A stretch of 64,000 bases of DNA from contig OZ025764.1 in the NCBI GenBank assembly GCA_964019335.1, positions 1 to 64,000 of the forward strand. The letters are read 5' to 3'. The notes below the pieces were generated by a model. That model did no database searches. It was not told where the DNA came from and was given only the letters and a program-made list of their open reading frames with translations. Position numbers and translations under genes: made by a program. The stretch is from Diplonema japonicum (lineage: Eukaryota; Protista; Euglenozoa: Diplonemea). Below are positions 41,615-52,737 of this stretch, piece after piece; positions within the stretch are counted from its first letter, which is position 1; each line of letters begins with the position of its first letter.

Positions 41615-42552
41615 AATCAAATATTCGTCGGTTGGTAACCAAATGCTAGAGTAAGCTCTATGATCATTATTTTTCGGCATTCTCTCTTTTTCTTTTTTTT
41701 TTTTTTTTTTTTTTTTTTGGCCGAAACTAAGTTCTACATGATGCGTACCTAGACCCGGCCAAAGGTCTTTGTTAGGAAAGAGAAATATGCCAATAGTAGC
41801 CGGGTAGAGAATTAGAAAAAAAAGGTTTCTGCAAGATGCCACATAGGCCACACAGCCTAGTAAGCATGAATTGCCACAGAGTTCCAGCCAGAGCTGACAT
41901 GGTTTCAGCAAGCACTGCAAGTAAGTGCAACCTGACGCAGTTGACCGAGGCATCTGTGGCAAAGGATTATCAAGAAACATTTACTTGAGTTGGTGATTTG
42001 GGTTTTTTTCTTTCTGGGTGGAAGAATAATTCTTTTGGTAGAGCCGCCACCTGCCAGTTGCACATAAGGCATCAGGGTATTTTTTTTTTTTTATGTGTGG
42101 GCCCTTTAGGGGAAAAAATAGAAAATAATAAAAGTTTAAATAAAAAAACCGAAGCGCAAAAGTCAGAAGAAGAAAAAAAAAGGAAGGAAAAAAAAAAAAG
42201 GTTATCCAGGATTTTTTTTTTTTTTTTTTTTTTCCAGGAATGGTTCCAGGTCGCGTGGGAGGGGCTTTTTTTATTTTATTTTTTGTTGTTTTTTTTTTGC
42301 CCAAACTCCCATTCGTCTGTATCATTTTCTGGGGAAAAAAAAAAAGAGAAAGAGAAAACCCTGATTTTGTTGTAAAACAGGGGAAGCAGCGGCAGCCCTC
42401 TGTACGGTACCTCGCACGAAAACTAGAAAAAAAGAGATAGAAATAAAAAAGCAAAAGGGAGGGTGTCACCAAAAACCAAGAATAAAATCCACCCAAAAGA
42501 AAAAAATTGATCTTTTCGTCAAAGGTGGTCCAATTTCTTTTTTTTTTTTTTT

Positions 42553-45500
42553 TTAAACCTCTTCCTCTTCCTCCTCGTCTTGTACCTTCTTCCCCATTAC
42601 CTCGGGTTCGGGCCGTGAACTGATTATCATCGTCGGCGTAATCTCCACATCCTTCACCCACTGGTTAACATGTCTCAAAAAACTTACAGGAGCGGCGAAA
42701 AAAGACCGCTTCTCAGCAAACTCTATCAACGCAAGCGACGCCGCACCCTTCAGAACCAGGTCCACAAGAAGGAAAATAAACAAACAGCCGTACGGCCACA
42801 ACGCACAAGAGAGAACGGCGGTAGTGAGCTTGGTGTTAGTCAACCCAGACGAAAAAAGCGAACCGCAAGAAAAAGTAACAAGCATGGTAACGAGTGAGTA
42901 CGTCTCCAGTGTGTTCATAAGGGGAACACGCATAGGCATGTAAGCCTTGTGGTGGGAGTAGAACACACACAATGCGACAAAAAGCAAGGGCAGCCCTACC
43001 TCGCTTTCCTTGGGGATCAACGACACAGTGGTGGCAACGACGAGCCTCCTCAGCACCGCGAACACAAAGTACCAGTAGCATCCGTCATTATACATCGAGT
43101 GCAAGAACCCGAACATCTGCCTGTAAGCGGTCCCGTTTCGTCTTGTGCGGTCACGCAGCGCCCAGCATAGTGCGATCAGCGTGACGGGTAGTCCAACTAC
43201 AACGGTTGGGATTAGACAAACTGATACTTTCCACATCAACTCGTAATCTGAGTTGTCCATTGAGCATTCAGTGTCAGGTGCTGTTACCATGTATTTCTTC
43301 CCAGTCCCGGGGTCTTCCTCGCATTGAAACACAGACAGCGACGCAACAGTCACAGGGAGGTACAGGAAGGACGTACCAAGCAAAGCTACCTTGCACACTC
43401 TTACGACGACAGACGGATAGTCGGGGGCGGAGGGGTCCGCGTCGCTCAGGCTGAGGTTCGATGCTGACGAGTTCTGGTTGGACAGGATGTAGTCTGCGCT
43501 GCGCACGCGAACGAGATTTTTAACGTGGGTACGCAACATCCACCACCCACCTACAAGGAACACCAATATGAGTACCACCCAGAACACGGTCACGATCGCC
43601 ACAGACGTCACAGATCCTTCGAATGAAAACCACGACATCCCAGCAAGACAGGACAGCACCGTCGGCGACACCATTGCGTACTGAAACGGCCCGCTCAAGG
43701 ACGACTTGACACTGACCGGCCACAAGAACGACGAATCGGACAGTAAAACAGCCTGCACCTGTGCGAAAAAAACACCCAATCTCATCAAATCAAGCAGCTG
43801 CTGTCGTTTCGACCATCCTCTGACAGACAAGACAACACCGATGGCTATCAAGATGATGGAGGCCATCAACACCACGATGCCAGCATCGGACGGGCAGACC
43901 TCGCATCGCCTACCGACTGAATAAAACCCGTCTCCGCATCTCCCGCACAATCTCCCTTTGTAGCCGTCCTTGCACACCCATGGATCCGCGTTGTCAGGGT
44001 TGCACGGGTTCGAGTTAACAGCATCGTCATAACACCTTTGAATGAGCTCCGGTTCTGCAACAGGGTAGGGGTAGTACCCTGCTGGCGTCAAGACAGACTC
44101 ACCACCTGAACAGATTCCGTTGGCAAGGCATGGTTTGCAGTTCGGTGGTGTTCCCCAAAACCCTACGCTGCACGAGCAGTAGGAGTACCCGAAGTAGGAA
44201 GGGTCGACGCGGATGATGAGCTCCTTGTTGACGCCCTCCAGAATCTTGCAGTCGTAGTTGCCTGGGTACCCGGTTGTTCGTTCTGAGGACTTTGCGTAGT
44301 TCGGGATGCTTCCGTTGTTCCGCCCCTTCATCAAAGGGTTGCCATCGCTTAGAATGCCGTCTGCCTGAACGAGAATCGTGGGCAGCGCACCTGTCAGATT
44401 ATTGTGGCTGACGTCAAAGAATGTAACTGTGAACAAGGACACGTCGATGGTGGAGGGCAAGCTGCCTTGGATGCTGTTGTGTCCGATAAGAAACCTTTGC
44501 AGACTCTTCCACCTCACCCCGCTCCCGGATCCTGCGGTGTAGAATGTGGACGGTCTCAACATTCCCGTCAACCCGCATCTGCTGCCCCCGATCGTTGTCA
44601 ACTGTTCGGCCTTCGCCCCTGACTCCAAGAACGTGTTAATATCAATGTTCAAAGGGTTTCCCGAGTACATGGCATGGCGAATCTTAGGCAGTTGGGCGAG
44701 GTCGGGGACAGACCCTGACAGCATATTCGATTCTACCGAAAACGTCTCCAGCGACACAGCAGACGCGATGGTGCTTGGGATGGTTCCTGAGAACGAGTTG
44801 TTGTCCAGCCTCAACATGAACATCTTCGACATGCTTCCGATGCAGTCTGGGATGGCCCCGTCCAACTTCACGTTGTTGTGCAGCCACATGGTACCCAAGC
44901 CTTGCATTGTGCACCACGATGCCGGTAACGTGCCTGAGAAGCTGTTCAAGGCAAGCCCAATGAAGAACAGTTTTGGTGACACGACCTCAGGGAGACTCCC
45001 TGTGAAGTTGCAGGACGTTGCCGCCAGTGTGGCCTGAAAAGGGCGTGAAACCGCAGACGTCGGCAGCGTCCCTCCGAGCTTCTCATTGAGGTTCAGGTAC
45101 AACCCGCGAAGCTTCGTCATTCCTGAGAAGATGTCCGGGAGCGTCCCTGACAAGTCAAGGTCATGAAAGTACAGCACGCTGAGCTCGGTGAGGCTCTCGT
45201 ATTCTTGTGGAATCGTTCCTGTGATGTTCGCGGAGTAGAACCCGAAAGCCTGGGTCTTTTTAAGCCCCCCGCAGGATGCAGGCAGAGTTCCCGACAGCCC
45301 GGGCATGTCCCCCCACGTCACGTACAGCATGTCACTCATTTCACACAAGCCCTCTGGAATCGTCCCAGATAGCTGCAGATCATGGAAGTACAAAACCTTG
45401 AACGCCTTGCTGTCTCCGATGGTCGAAGGGATGGTGCCGGTTACGGCAAGCGAGCCTGCTTCGATGAACTGCAGCTTGCTGTCGCTCGCGAACAGACTAT

Positions 45501-46632
45501 CGGGCAGCGTCCCTGTGAGATCAATGTCTCGTATCTGCAGTTTCACCAACTTCTGGCTGACACAGTCGGGTATGGTGCCCACAACACTCGTCTGCGTGAG
45601 ATGCAGCTCCTCGATGCTTGCGTGGGAGCACCATTGCTCCGAGATCGTCCCAGATAGGAACGAGCTTGCCGCGCTGACAATTTTCAGGTTCTTCAGCTTC
45701 AAGAACTCGTCCAGCTGCGACTCGGACACAACATTGGTCTTCGGTTGGTAGTGACTGGCCACCAACAACGGAGGGTACTCCCTTGGAAAGTACAACTGAC
45801 CAAAAACCACGTGCGTCATAGTGTTCACCTGTCCGGAGAAATCCGGCAACGCACCAGTAAGCTGCGCCTCTGCTGTTATGAACCTCTGCAGATTGACTAA
45901 GTTTCGGATGGATGGGAAAGCACCTATCAACTTAATGTTGGAGGAGACATCCAAAACCGTCAGGTGGACCAGCTTAGAGACCTCTGTCGAAAGCGTTCCT
46001 TGGAGATTGTTGCTGTCAAGGCGTAGGGCAACGATGTTACCAGCATTGCAGCCCACACCCGCCCATTCGTCTTCACAAGGGTCGCCTTGAAGCCAGTTGT
46101 CGTTTCTGGTCCACGTTGCTCCGGAGGCTGAGTTGTATATAGAGACCAAAGCGGTTTTCTGGTCGATGGTTGTGTTCCCAGGTGTGGTGGGGCATTTGTT
46201 GCAGGTTGACGGGCACAGGTCACCGACGGTCTGTGTCACACCAAGGTCGGACAGAACCCTGTTGCAACCCATAGATGACAGCTCCGAGCAGCCCCCTACA
46301 GCCATGACCAATGGGGAATCCGCACAGTAGCACATGTTGCATGTGTTTGGACATAGCATCCAAATCTTCAGTGGATATGATGGGACATCGCCCGTGCACC
46401 CTGCAACGGCTGATACAACTGGGCATCCGCCCAGTGCGGCGATAAACCCAAACGGGTCGTCTACGCAGCTCGGTGCGTTCAGGATCTCAGCGTGCCTGCT
46501 TCTTTCCGCTTCGAAATGTAAATCTGTGTATTGGCTCGCACCATCTAACCCACCGCCCGATAGAGGCAGCTCCGGGAGCCGTTGCCCCGCCGCTGCCACT
46601 GCTAGGAGAACTATAGATTTTATAAAACTCAT
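42553..46632 (-). CDS. Multi-pass receptor-like protein: signal peptide, ShK-like Cys modules, plant-type LRRs, Cys-rich region, ~7-9 TM segments
   Basis: CPNTCNMC/CPSTCNKC; LRR N-cap (WLQGDPCEDEWAGVGC); many L.GT(I/L)P repeats; C..GY.GRLCG.C..G; C-terminal hydrophobic helices with FGFLHSMY and NTLE motifs. Confidence 0.88.
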   Translation of the reverse strand: MSFIKSIVLLAVAAAGQRLPELPLSGGGLDGASQYTDLHFEAERSRHAEILNAPSCVDDPFGFIAALGGCPVVSAVAGCTGDVPSYPLKIWMLCPNTCNMCYCADSPLVMAVGGCSELSSMGCNRVLSDLGVTQTVGDLCPSTCNKCPTTPGNTTIDQKTALVSIYNSASGATWTRNDNWLQGDPCEDEWAGVGCNAGNIVALRLDSNNLQGTLSTEVSKLVHLTVLDVSSNIKLIGAFPSIRNLVNLQRFITAEAQLTGALPDFSGQVNTMTHVVFGQLYFPREYPPLLVASHYQPKTNVVSESQLDEFLKLKNLKIVSAASSFLSGTISEQWCSHASIEELHLTQTSVVGTIPDCVSQKLVKLQIRDIDLTGTLPDSLFASDSKLQFIEAGSLAVTGTIPSTIGDSKAFKVLYFHDLQLSGTIPEGLCEMSDMLYVTWGDMPGLSGTLPASCGGLKKTQAFGFYSANITGTIPQEYESLTELSVLYFHDLDLSGTLPDIFSGMTKLRGLYLNLNEKLGGTLPTSAVSRPFQATLAATSCNFTGSLPEVVSPKLFFIGLALNSFSGTLPASWCTMQGLGTMWLHNNVKLDGAIPDCIGSMSKMFMLRLDNNSFSGTIPSTIASAVSLETFSVESNMLSGSVPDLAQLPKIRHAMYSGNPLNIDINTFLESGAKAEQLTTIGGSRCGLTGMLRPSTFYTAGSGSGVRWKSLQRFLIGHNSIQGSLPSTIDVSLFTVTFFDVSHNNLTGALPTILVQADGILSDGNPLMKGRNNGSIPNYAKSSERTTGYPGNYDCKILEGVNKELIIRVDPSYFGYSYCSCSVGFWGTPPNCKPCLANGICSGGESVLTPAGYYPYPVAEPELIQRCYDDAVNSNPCNPDNADPWVCKDGYKGRLCGRCGDGFYSVGRRCEVCPSDAGIVVLMASIILIAIGVVLSVRGWSKRQQLLDLMRLGVFFAQVQAVLLSDSSFLWPVSVKSSLSGPFQYAMVSPTVLSCLAGMSWFSFEGSVTSVAIVTVFWVVLILVFLVGGWWMLRTHVKNLVRVRSADYILSNQNSSASNLSLSDADPSAPDYPSVVVRVCKVALLGTSFLYLPVTVASLSVFQCEEDPGTGKKYMVTAPDTECSMDNSDYELMWKVSVCLIPTVVVGLPVTLIALCWALRDRTRRNGTAYRQMFGFLHSMYNDGCYWYFVFAVLRRLVVATTVSLIPKESEVGLPLLFVALCVFYSHHKAYMPMRVPLMNTLETYSLVTMLVTFSCGSLFSSGLTNTKLTTAVLSCALWPYGCLFIFLLVDLVLKGAASLALIEFAEKRSFFAAPVSFLRHVNQWVKDVEITPTMIISSRPEPEVMGKKVQDEEEEEEV

Positions 46633-47673
46633 TTTTTTTTTTTTTTTTGAATTACTGTATTTATTATCTCTTAATTCTGTCCAAAGACAAGTGTTACCCC
46701 CCCTATACCACACTTTACTGAATCATCAGTAGCGTTCGGGCAGTGCAGTGGACAGTGCTGTTCAGGTTTCTGAGATCCTGAGTCCTAAGATTCGTCTCTC
46801 GAGTGAAGCGACGTGCTGTAACAGGAAGTGCACAAAATCAAGTTTACCACAAAAAACACGCCAACCGAAATCCTATAAAGATATCGGTGGTAGGTGTTAG
46901 AAAGGCCCTCTTCGTACGCGACGTCGTGCAAACGGCAAGGTGATAAAGGTCCACCTTGAGATTGCCTCCAGGGACACACACATCCCTTACGCTCTCTTCA
47001 CCCAGGCACTCTTACACCATCATGGAGTGCGCGTGTGCTTCACCGAATCCATAGCACCGCCACGACTCGCCAAGACCTCTCACCAGACGAGGTTCGACTC
47101 TCTACCGGCACTCTGGCCGTATGCAAGGCCATTGGAGCAGCGCTAATACGCACAGGGGGAGCGGTGAAAGCGACGACACCCGCTTCCACAAAGCCCTCAG
47201 GGATAACGGGACGAAGGCTTCGTGTGGTTCAAGACGAGTTTTGATCACAAAGCCAAGGAGTTGATCCTCTGGCGTAAACCCTAAGCCAAGCTTTGTGTGC
47301 TTCTTTTTGTTTTCTCTTTTGTCATCATGAAAGGGAATGGAGGTAGGGGGGGGGGGGGAGAAAATAAACACCATCGTTCACGAAACACTTTTTTTTGGAA
47401 AAACGTGAGAGGCTTTTTTTGTTTTTGTTTTTGTTTTTTTTATTTTTTTATTTTTTTCCCCCGTGTGTTACGAGGAAAAAAAAAAAATATAATTTCAGTG
47501 TGCAAGGGGGAGGGGAGGGGGGAGTGCTCACTGCAAAAGAAAAGAAAAAAAAAAGGGAGAGAGTGGTGGGGAGGAAAGGAAAAACTCCTTTCTCCCCTCA
47601 CCACCGCACCCTCCTCTTTTTTTTTTTTTTTCGGGGATAGATTGACTCAATCTGTTACCCCCCGCTGGAAAAG

Positions 47674-47705
<32 letters not shown>

Positions 47706-47717
47706 GTATCATTCTGC

Positions 47718-48209
47718 TTACAAATCCGGACCCCACTTCACATGGCGGAAGACAGGACGCTTATCTATCCATGCAGAGAAAATGTAGCCAAGTTCGTCTC
47801 CTGTACGCCACTTCTGGAAGACATAGTCAGGCATAACCGCTTTTACGTATTCAATGAGCCAGCCCTCATCAGGGTGCTCCTTGTCATAGTGGATTTCGAT
47901 GAAGTCTACCGTCTTCATGTCCCCAGGAGAATTCCCGAAGATTATTTCCATGGACGTTTCCCTCACAGGCCTCTCAATAACCGTGCTGAGGACCTCCTTG
48001 GTGTGCTTGAAATGAACATCCATGGTGAACTCTCCGTGCTCCGACCCCGAGTTCTCGTACTCGGCAGTCTGCAGCACAAAGATCAAATCCTTTCCACCGG
48101 TGGCAACCTCCTCCGAAGCCTCTGTCTCTTCTGCAGCCTCTTCATCCTCAATGGCCACCACGCTGAAAACCACTCCGAGAATCAACACTGCTGTAATAAC
48201 TTTTTTCAT
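47718..48209 (-). CDS. Secreted protein with PLAT/LH2-like domain (163 aa)
   Basis: Signal peptide, acidic linker, VLQTAEYENSGS..IEIHYD..GWLIEYV..F.AW pattern. Confidence 0.65.
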   Translation of the reverse strand: MKKVITAVLILGVVFSVVAIEDEEAAEETEASEEVATGGKDLIFVLQTAEYENSGSEHGEFTMDVHFKHTKEVLSTVIERPVRETSMEIIFGNSPGDMKTVDFIEIHYDKEHPDEGWLIEYVKAVMPDYVFQKWRTGDELGYIFSAWIDKRPVFRHVKWGPDL

Positions 48210-48333
48210 TTTTCTTTTTTCTTCTGAGTTGTCCTCTGCTTCCTGTTCGGCGGCGCAAAATAAATAAAAAATTTAAAAAAAACAAAAGAGGTGTAAACCC
48301 ACTTTTTTCTTTTTTTTTCTTTCTTTCTTTCTT

Positions 48334-49446
48334 CTACCAAAAGTAACGCGGCCTCAGTATCACTTTCGTGTCCACCACGTGCATCAGCTTCTTAGTCACG
48401 TAAGGTGGCGTGGGTGCTGGTGTCGAGCTTTGTTTCGTTGAGGTGCTTTTCCTTCTCGGCAGCGCCTGGTTGAGCGTTTGCAGCCTACGCTGCTTTGCAA
48501 TGTACGGCCTGCGGGATACTTCCTCCGGGGCAGGGGGAGGAGGGGGTAGAGCGGGGATGCACTCTCTCGATGCATCAGGCGTGTCTACCTTCACCACCCG
48601 AACAGTCTTCCTCCTCGCACGAACAACAACACCCCTTTTCGCAGTGTGGTTCGGGTCCAGCTTAGAAAACACCAACGGCCTGCACGGGGTGGTGAATACA
48701 TTGTTTTCCTTCGAAGTTTCAAGTTCCCGCGCACGTGAGATCATCCGGGTTACCTCTGCAGAAGCGATGCGCACTGCCATAGGAGGCTCTGTGTTCCATG
48801 AGGGAACACTGCCTTCAAAGTTATCGGGAAGTTTAATCACTCTGACCCCTCCCACCCACGCCACCATGTGCGGTGGGTACCTCCCGTTACAGTGCGAGGT
48901 GCTAATGACATCAGGCATCCATGACAGCCTCCATGATCCATCTTGCGAAAAGATCTTTCTACCATTGTCGGTTACCCATCTTGGCAGCCTGTCTTCAATG
49001 TTGTAAAGATCGATCCTCAACACCACCGTGCCTGTCATCAACACAGAGGGTAGAGGAGAGACGGGCTGCGATCCGCTTTCTGCGTGGGGCCAGATGTGTG
49101 CCGTGTTTTCCTCATGGTTTCCCACGGTCAGGCGTTTCCAAGTCGGGTGGGGTCGGCCCACGCCTTCTGTTACCATTGTTAGTCCCCATACTGCGCCTTG
49201 GGTCCAAATATGTAATGGTGTCTTGTAGATATTGAGGTCAGCGGGCCATGTGGCCTCCCAGGGTTCGCCTGTGAAGGGCATTGTTGCGTCCCATGCCTTC
49301 CCTGTGAGGGCGTCGTGGAGGACCCATGTTGTCCCGCCCTGGGTCCTTTCTATTGTGAACTGCCCGCCGGTCCACTTTTGTGTCGCCTCGCAGTAGGTGC
49401 AGACACGGCCGCTTCCGCAGACCGCGGCCCATAAGACGGAGCTCAT
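48334..49446 (-). CDS. Hypothetical protein, Trp-rich N-terminal half and basic/Pro-rich tail (370 aa)
   Basis: Long GC-balanced ORF bracketed by A-runs like its neighbours. Confidence 0.75.
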   Translation of the reverse strand: MSSVLWAAVCGSGRVCTYCEATQKWTGGQFTIERTQGGTTWVLHDALTGKAWDATMPFTGEPWEATWPADLNIYKTPLHIWTQGAVWGLTMVTEGVGRPHPTWKRLTVGNHEENTAHIWPHAESGSQPVSPLPSVLMTGTVVLRIDLYNIEDRLPRWVTDNGRKIFSQDGSWRLSWMPDVISTSHCNGRYPPHMVAWVGGVRVIKLPDNFEGSVPSWNTEPPMAVRIASAEVTRMISRARELETSKENNVFTTPCRPLVFSKLDPNHTAKRGVVVRARRKTVRVVKVDTPDASRECIPALPPPPPAPEEVSRRPYIAKQRRLQTLNQALPRRKSTSTKQSSTPAPTPPYVTKKLMHVVDTKVILRPRYFW

Positions 49447-49452
49447 AGCATT

Positions 49453-49485
<33 letters not shown>

Positions 49486-49573
49486 ACTCCTATTTTATTT
49501 TATTTTTTGTAAAAACGACGCAAAGGAAAGCGGTGAATAAAAAAAAAAAAAAAAAACACTGTCACAACTTTTC

Positions 49574-50320
49574 TTAAGTGTTTTTAAGCTGGCCCGCGGT
49601 CATTTGTGAGGAGTACCGCAGAGCCATCCCGTAAGGGGTGAGGCCCTCTTGGTTGACGGCCTTGGGGTCGGCGCCCTTTGAAAGCAGCAAGGGCACGATG
49701 TCAGGGTTGTTGTGAAAAGCGCCGTTCTTCGCGGCTTCGTGAAGAGGGGTGTTCCCTACCTCATCCTTAGCGGAGATGCTGCCCCCAAGGGAGAGGAGCT
49801 TGGAGGCACCGAGTGCAGCACCACCGCCAGACGCCCAATGCAGAGGGGTGTTGTCATATCGATCAACCTCGTGCACGGTGCCTCCATAGTTAATAAGGGC
49901 TTGTATCGATGTTGGCTGGTTGTTTAAAGCTGCGTAGTGCATAGGGGTGGCACCAGAACGTTCTTTCTGCGCAATAAAACCGCCCCACCGAGCTAGCTCG
50001 GCAATGCAGTTCGTTGCTCCTGAGGAGACAGCCCAGTGCAGTGCAGTGCTCCCATCGGGGGCGGGTTCATTTACCTTTACTTTTCCCCTCTTCAAAAGTT
50101 GTTTTAGTTTTAGTTCGTCTCCCAGGATGGCTGCTGCGTGTAAAGGCAGCTCCTCCTCTGATCTCTCTGCCAGACTCCCCACAGATGCTCGCTCCCAGCT
50201 GTCGTTGGTGATAACCTTCGCTTCCCTGTCGATCGCTTTACCCCGCGTGGAGGGCCATGACACCATGCACCCTGTCACGAAGAGGACCAAGGCAAATAGT
50301 TTTGAAGCTTTTGGGTTCAT
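49574..50320 (-). CDS. Ankyrin-repeat protein with N-terminal signal/TM segment
   Basis: GSTALHWA, GATPMHYA, NTPLHWA, GNTPLHEA, GLTP repeats. Confidence 0.92.
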   Translation of the reverse strand: MNPKASKLFALVLFVTGCMVSWPSTRGKAIDREAKVITNDSWERASVGSLAERSEEELPLHAAAILGDELKLKQLLKRGKVKVNEPAPDGSTALHWAVSSGATNCIAELARWGGFIAQKERSGATPMHYAALNNQPTSIQALINYGGTVHEVDRYDNTPLHWASGGGAALGASKLLSLGGSISAKDEVGNTPLHEAAKNGAFHNNPDIVPLLLSKGADPKAVNQEGLTPYGMALRYSSQMTAGQLKNT

Positions 50321-50844
50321 TTTTTCTTTTTGTAGCCTCCTTCCCCCCCTATACAAATTTAAAAAAAAGAAGGAAATGGGGGGGGGGGGTGTGGAAATAA
50401 AAAAAAGGAAAGAAAATAAAAAAAAAGGGAGAAAAGAAAAACAGAAAGGGGAGGTGGTGGGTGGGGAGAAGGAAGGGGAATTCACAAAACAGAAAAGATA
50501 TATAAAAAAAAAAGAAACTGAGAGATATAAAAATAAAAAAAAAAAAAAAAAGAGACATTTAAGGGTACCTGCGGTATGTGACAGGACGCCTGACGGGATG
50601 ATAAAAATAAAAGCCAGTGTTGGTAGCGCCCTTCACAAGCATTGTCTGTTTTTCTTTCTTTTAAAAGGGGGGGGAAATAAAGTTGTTGATGTTTCCCCCC
50701 CCCCCTTTTTTTCTCTTTGTTTTTTTCCTTTTTGTTCTCTCTTTTTTCTCTTCGCAAAGAAATAAAAAAAAAATAAAGAAAAGTTGGGTCTGTGCTGTTA
50801 ACGTGAAAACACTTTATGTTCTTAGTGGAAATAAAAGAGATAAA

Positions 50845-51480
50845 GGAGGCCAGTGTTGGTGGCACCCTGCACAAGTAATGTCTTCTTTATAACTTGGCTT
50901 AATGACCGACGAGGAGGTCAACAGCGAACAACACATCTAATATACTTCTATATCCATGTAAACCCCAGCTCGAATAAAAGAAATGTATATATATATATGA
51001 GTTAAAAGAGGCCGGTGTTGGCGGCGCCCTGCACAAGAACTGTTTGCTTTATTACAGGGGGCGCGCCGGCCGAGTTGTAGCTTCTTCTGCGTTCCGCGTC
51101 GTGTCCTTAATGCGTGCGGCTCAACCCCAGCCGGGGCGTTCACCCTGAGCATCTGCATTATGATCTTCCACTCGGGCGCTACCAAAAAAAAAAAAAAAAA
51201 AAAAAAAAGAAAGAAAAAGAAAATGGCATCGCGTGAGAGTAGAAATAAGCAAAAAAAAAAACAAAAAAAAAAAAATGGAGCTTTGTTTGCAAAACTAAGG
51301 TGTGCAACGAAGCACATGAACTAGCTACTTGATTGCGCACCTCGGCCGATGCCGTAGCTTCTTCTGCGTTCCGCGTCGTGTCCTTAATGCGTGCGGCTCA
51401 ACCCCAGCCGGGGCGTCCCGGGGGTAACCAAGATTCGTCACCCTGAGCATCTGCATTATGATCTTCCACTCGGGCGCTAC

Positions 51481-51526
<46 letters not shown>

Positions 51527-51677
51527 AGCTTTGTTTGCAAAACTAAGGTGTGCAACGAAGGATATGAACTAGCTACTTGATTGCGCACCTCGGCCGATGC
51601 CGTAGCTTCTTCTGCGTTCCGCGTCGTGTCCTTAATGCGTGCGGTGTGCAGCTCAACCACATCTGATGTACTTCTTA
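50845..51677. repeat. Tandem cluster of modules B and E separated by poly(A)
   Basis: CGTAGCTTCTTCTGCGTTCCGCGTCGTGTCCTTAATGCGTGCGG-like block three times (~51075, ~51355, ~51600); two units end CACTCGGGCGCTACC-poly(A). Confidence 0.9.
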
Positions 51678-51929
51678 AAAAAGAAAAAAGGTAACGCACG
51701 CAACTACAAAAATAGACCCCCTCCCTTACCCCCCCTCCAACTTCTCAAAGTTTTACTTTACACCCTCTCCCCCCCAAATGTACATATTTGTACCCCCCGC
51801 TACACTGGAAAAAACTACCACCAAAAAAAAAAAAAAAAACTCAAAGTGCAGGACAAACCCCCTCATGGAGGGCCGCCCTTGGGTGGGTTGGGGGGGCTAT
51901 CTATTTATACTCCCCTTCTGGAGAATTGC

Positions 51930-52339
51930 TTTCGTTCCAATCGAGGCCTTGAGCGTCTTGCGGAGTCGCGTGATGCGGTCTCGCTTGTAAGCGGCTTTCA
52001 GTTCCATCAGCTTGTCGTGCGTGGAGTGGGTGGCGAAGATGGGCCTCCTGGCGAAACCCATAGTCGTTTTTCCACCTATTGCGATGAGGGACTTCACTTC
52101 ATCCGCCGGGAAGGGGCGTGGCTTCTTCCGTGCTCTGCATGCCGCGTTCAGCTTTCTTATCAGTGCTTTGATCTTGCGAGCCCTATCTTCCAGCAGACCT
52201 CCCAGTAACTTGCCTGTCGTCCATTCGAAGTCGATGGCCAATTCCACCGCTGACACTTCAGAGCTGGTGTCCTCCTTCACCCATCGTAGCCGTGACAACC
52301 ACTGCAGCAGCGGGTTCAAGAATTCTGCGACGATTCCTT
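51930..52339 (-). pseudogene. Non-LTR retrotransposon C-terminal domain fragment
   Basis: WLSRLRW..VELAIDFE..SLIAIGG..GFARRP, homologous at protein level to 13492-13965. Confidence 0.6.
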
Positions 52340-52737
52340 AAAAAAAAAAAAAAAAAGAAAACCTGGTCACGTCTATGTATTTCTTTTTTTTCTTCTTCTT
52401 TTTATTTTTTATTCCAGCTCAGATTGCAAATATAGTTTAAAAAAAAATGATATAAAAAAAAAAAAATAAACTTTTGCGGAGTAAGGATTTACTACTGCAG
52501 GTTTTTTTTTTTTTTTTTTTTCTTTTTTGCACCCCCCTATTCCGCAATGCTTTGCAAAACTCAAAAAAAAAGAAGAAAAAAAAAAAAAAAAAGAGATGAG
52601 ATAAAGAAGGTTCCTGTTTTGGAACGTCCTCCCTTTAAAAAAAAATAGATGCCCCCCTCCTCCCTTTCCCTTTCCCGTTAGCAAATAAAATGACGTAGCA
52701 AGTTTCGGAGTGTTCAAAATTTGAGTAGAAAAAAAAG

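Noticed and set aside
50845-51677. CRISPR-like array
   Set aside because: Units are long, irregular and lack unique spacers; no cas genes; eukaryotic context.
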